From Dehalococcoidia bacterium (GTDB taxonomy: Bacteria > Chloroflexota > Dehalococcoidia > Lucifugimonadales > UBA3495): 64,000 bases of DNA. The notes beneath the pieces were generated by a model that made no database searches, had not been told where the DNA came from, and saw nothing but the letters and a program-made list of their open reading frames with translations. Made by a program: the position numbers and the translations under genes. Positions 63,700-64,000 of this stretch are shown piece after piece; position 1 is the first letter of the stretch, and each line of letters opens with the position of its first letter. The stretch is from NCBI GenBank assembly GCA_002724585.1, contig PBPE01000036.1, forward strand, positions 30,502-94,501. The letters run 5' to 3'.

Positions 63700-63900
63700 C
63701 TACTGTAGGTTATAACGTCGTCTCATTCTTTCAACTCGGCCTTGTGTATCGACGATACGCTGTTCTCCCGTGTAAAAAGGATGACATTTGCTGCATATCT
63801 CTACCCTTAGTTCAGTCTGAGTAGCACCTGTCTCGAAAGTGTTCCCACAAGAGCAGTTGACGGTAGCAGTATGGAATTCTGGATGTATATCTGGCTTCAT
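63700..63900 (-). CDS. rpmE: 50S ribosomal protein L31 (zinc-binding type A)
   Basis: 66 aa: MKPDIHPEF...CSCGN...[10 protein letters not shown]. Confidence 0.97.
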   Translation of the reverse strand: MKPDIHPEFHTATVNCSCGNTFETGATQTELRVEICSKCHPFYTGEQRIVDTQGRVERMRRRYNLQ

Positions 63901-63918
63901 AATCTTGCCTTTTTATGG

Positions 63919-64000
63919 TTAGACCTGTACTGGATTTTCAGGATAAACACTTACACGCTTCTTCCCTTTAGCAGCCCATTCGTATGTTACGTGCCCATCA
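63919..64000 (-). CDS. 3' end of an unidentified CDS running off the window
   Basis: The minus-strand frame is open to the window edge and ends ...DGHVTYEWAAKGKKRVSVYPENPVQV-stop (TAA at 63919-63921). The product was not recognised. Confidence 0.35.
   Translation of the reverse strand, partial: DGHVTYEWAAKGKKRVSVYPENPVQV

Noticed and set aside
1-64000. CRISPR arrays, rRNA/tRNA genes, IS elements, transposase fragments and toxin-antitoxin or known defence gene pairs.
   Set aside because: Reading all intergenic spacers over 80 nt, I saw no regularly spaced direct repeats, no cloverleaf-compatible tRNA sequence with a GTTCGAATC-type T-loop, and no transposase, integrase-with-att or nuclease/ATPase defence signatures. 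Absence is by eye only; tRNAscan, Infernal and DefenseFinder runs would be definitive.

Overview
The window is a gene-dense, moderately AT-rich bacterial chromosomal segment with about 65 intact CDSs. I recognised no rRNA, tRNA, CRISPR array or obvious mobile element. Gene content suggests a marine SAR202-type Chloroflexota genome: three luciferase-like monooxygenase (LLM) paralogues, a type I Baeyer-Villiger monooxygenase, a DUF1800/DUF1501 pair and a minimal division cluster. That taxonomic call is inference only. Housekeeping blocks are grpE-dnaK, topA-xerC-aroQ-efp-xseAB, tig-clpP-clpX, rsmH-ftsA-ftsZ, nrdR...nrdJ, pdxA, proC-yggT and rpmE. The most interesting locus is a tightly packed seven-gene Mo/W-cofactor operon at 4117-12868. 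It runs mobA, a MoaD-like Gly-Gly protein, a tungsten-type aldehyde:ferredoxin oxidoreductase, NuoE-like and NuoF-like genes, and a Cys-type NAD-linked formate dehydrogenase alpha subunit. An SsuD-family sulfonate monooxygenase is inserted between the NuoF-like and alpha-subunit genes. I read it as a candidate sulfonate -> aldehyde -> acid/formate -> CO2 module that has not been described as such. Other points worth a second look:
- a BVMO-LLM-crotonase-HIT-lactonase-like operon
- a variant System I ccm cluster whose CcmE carries CxxxY instead of HxxxY
- a division cluster reduced to rsmH-ftsA-ftsZ
- an EF-P with a non-canonical modification loop
- tandem NrdR boxes and two orphan ORFs inside the nrdR-nrdJ locus
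- leaderless DUF1800/DUF1501/NHL and FIST/binding-protein pairs
- several very long perfect palindromic terminators
- three unusually large ORF-free gaps.
All functional calls come from motifs read in the supplied translations. No database search was possible.
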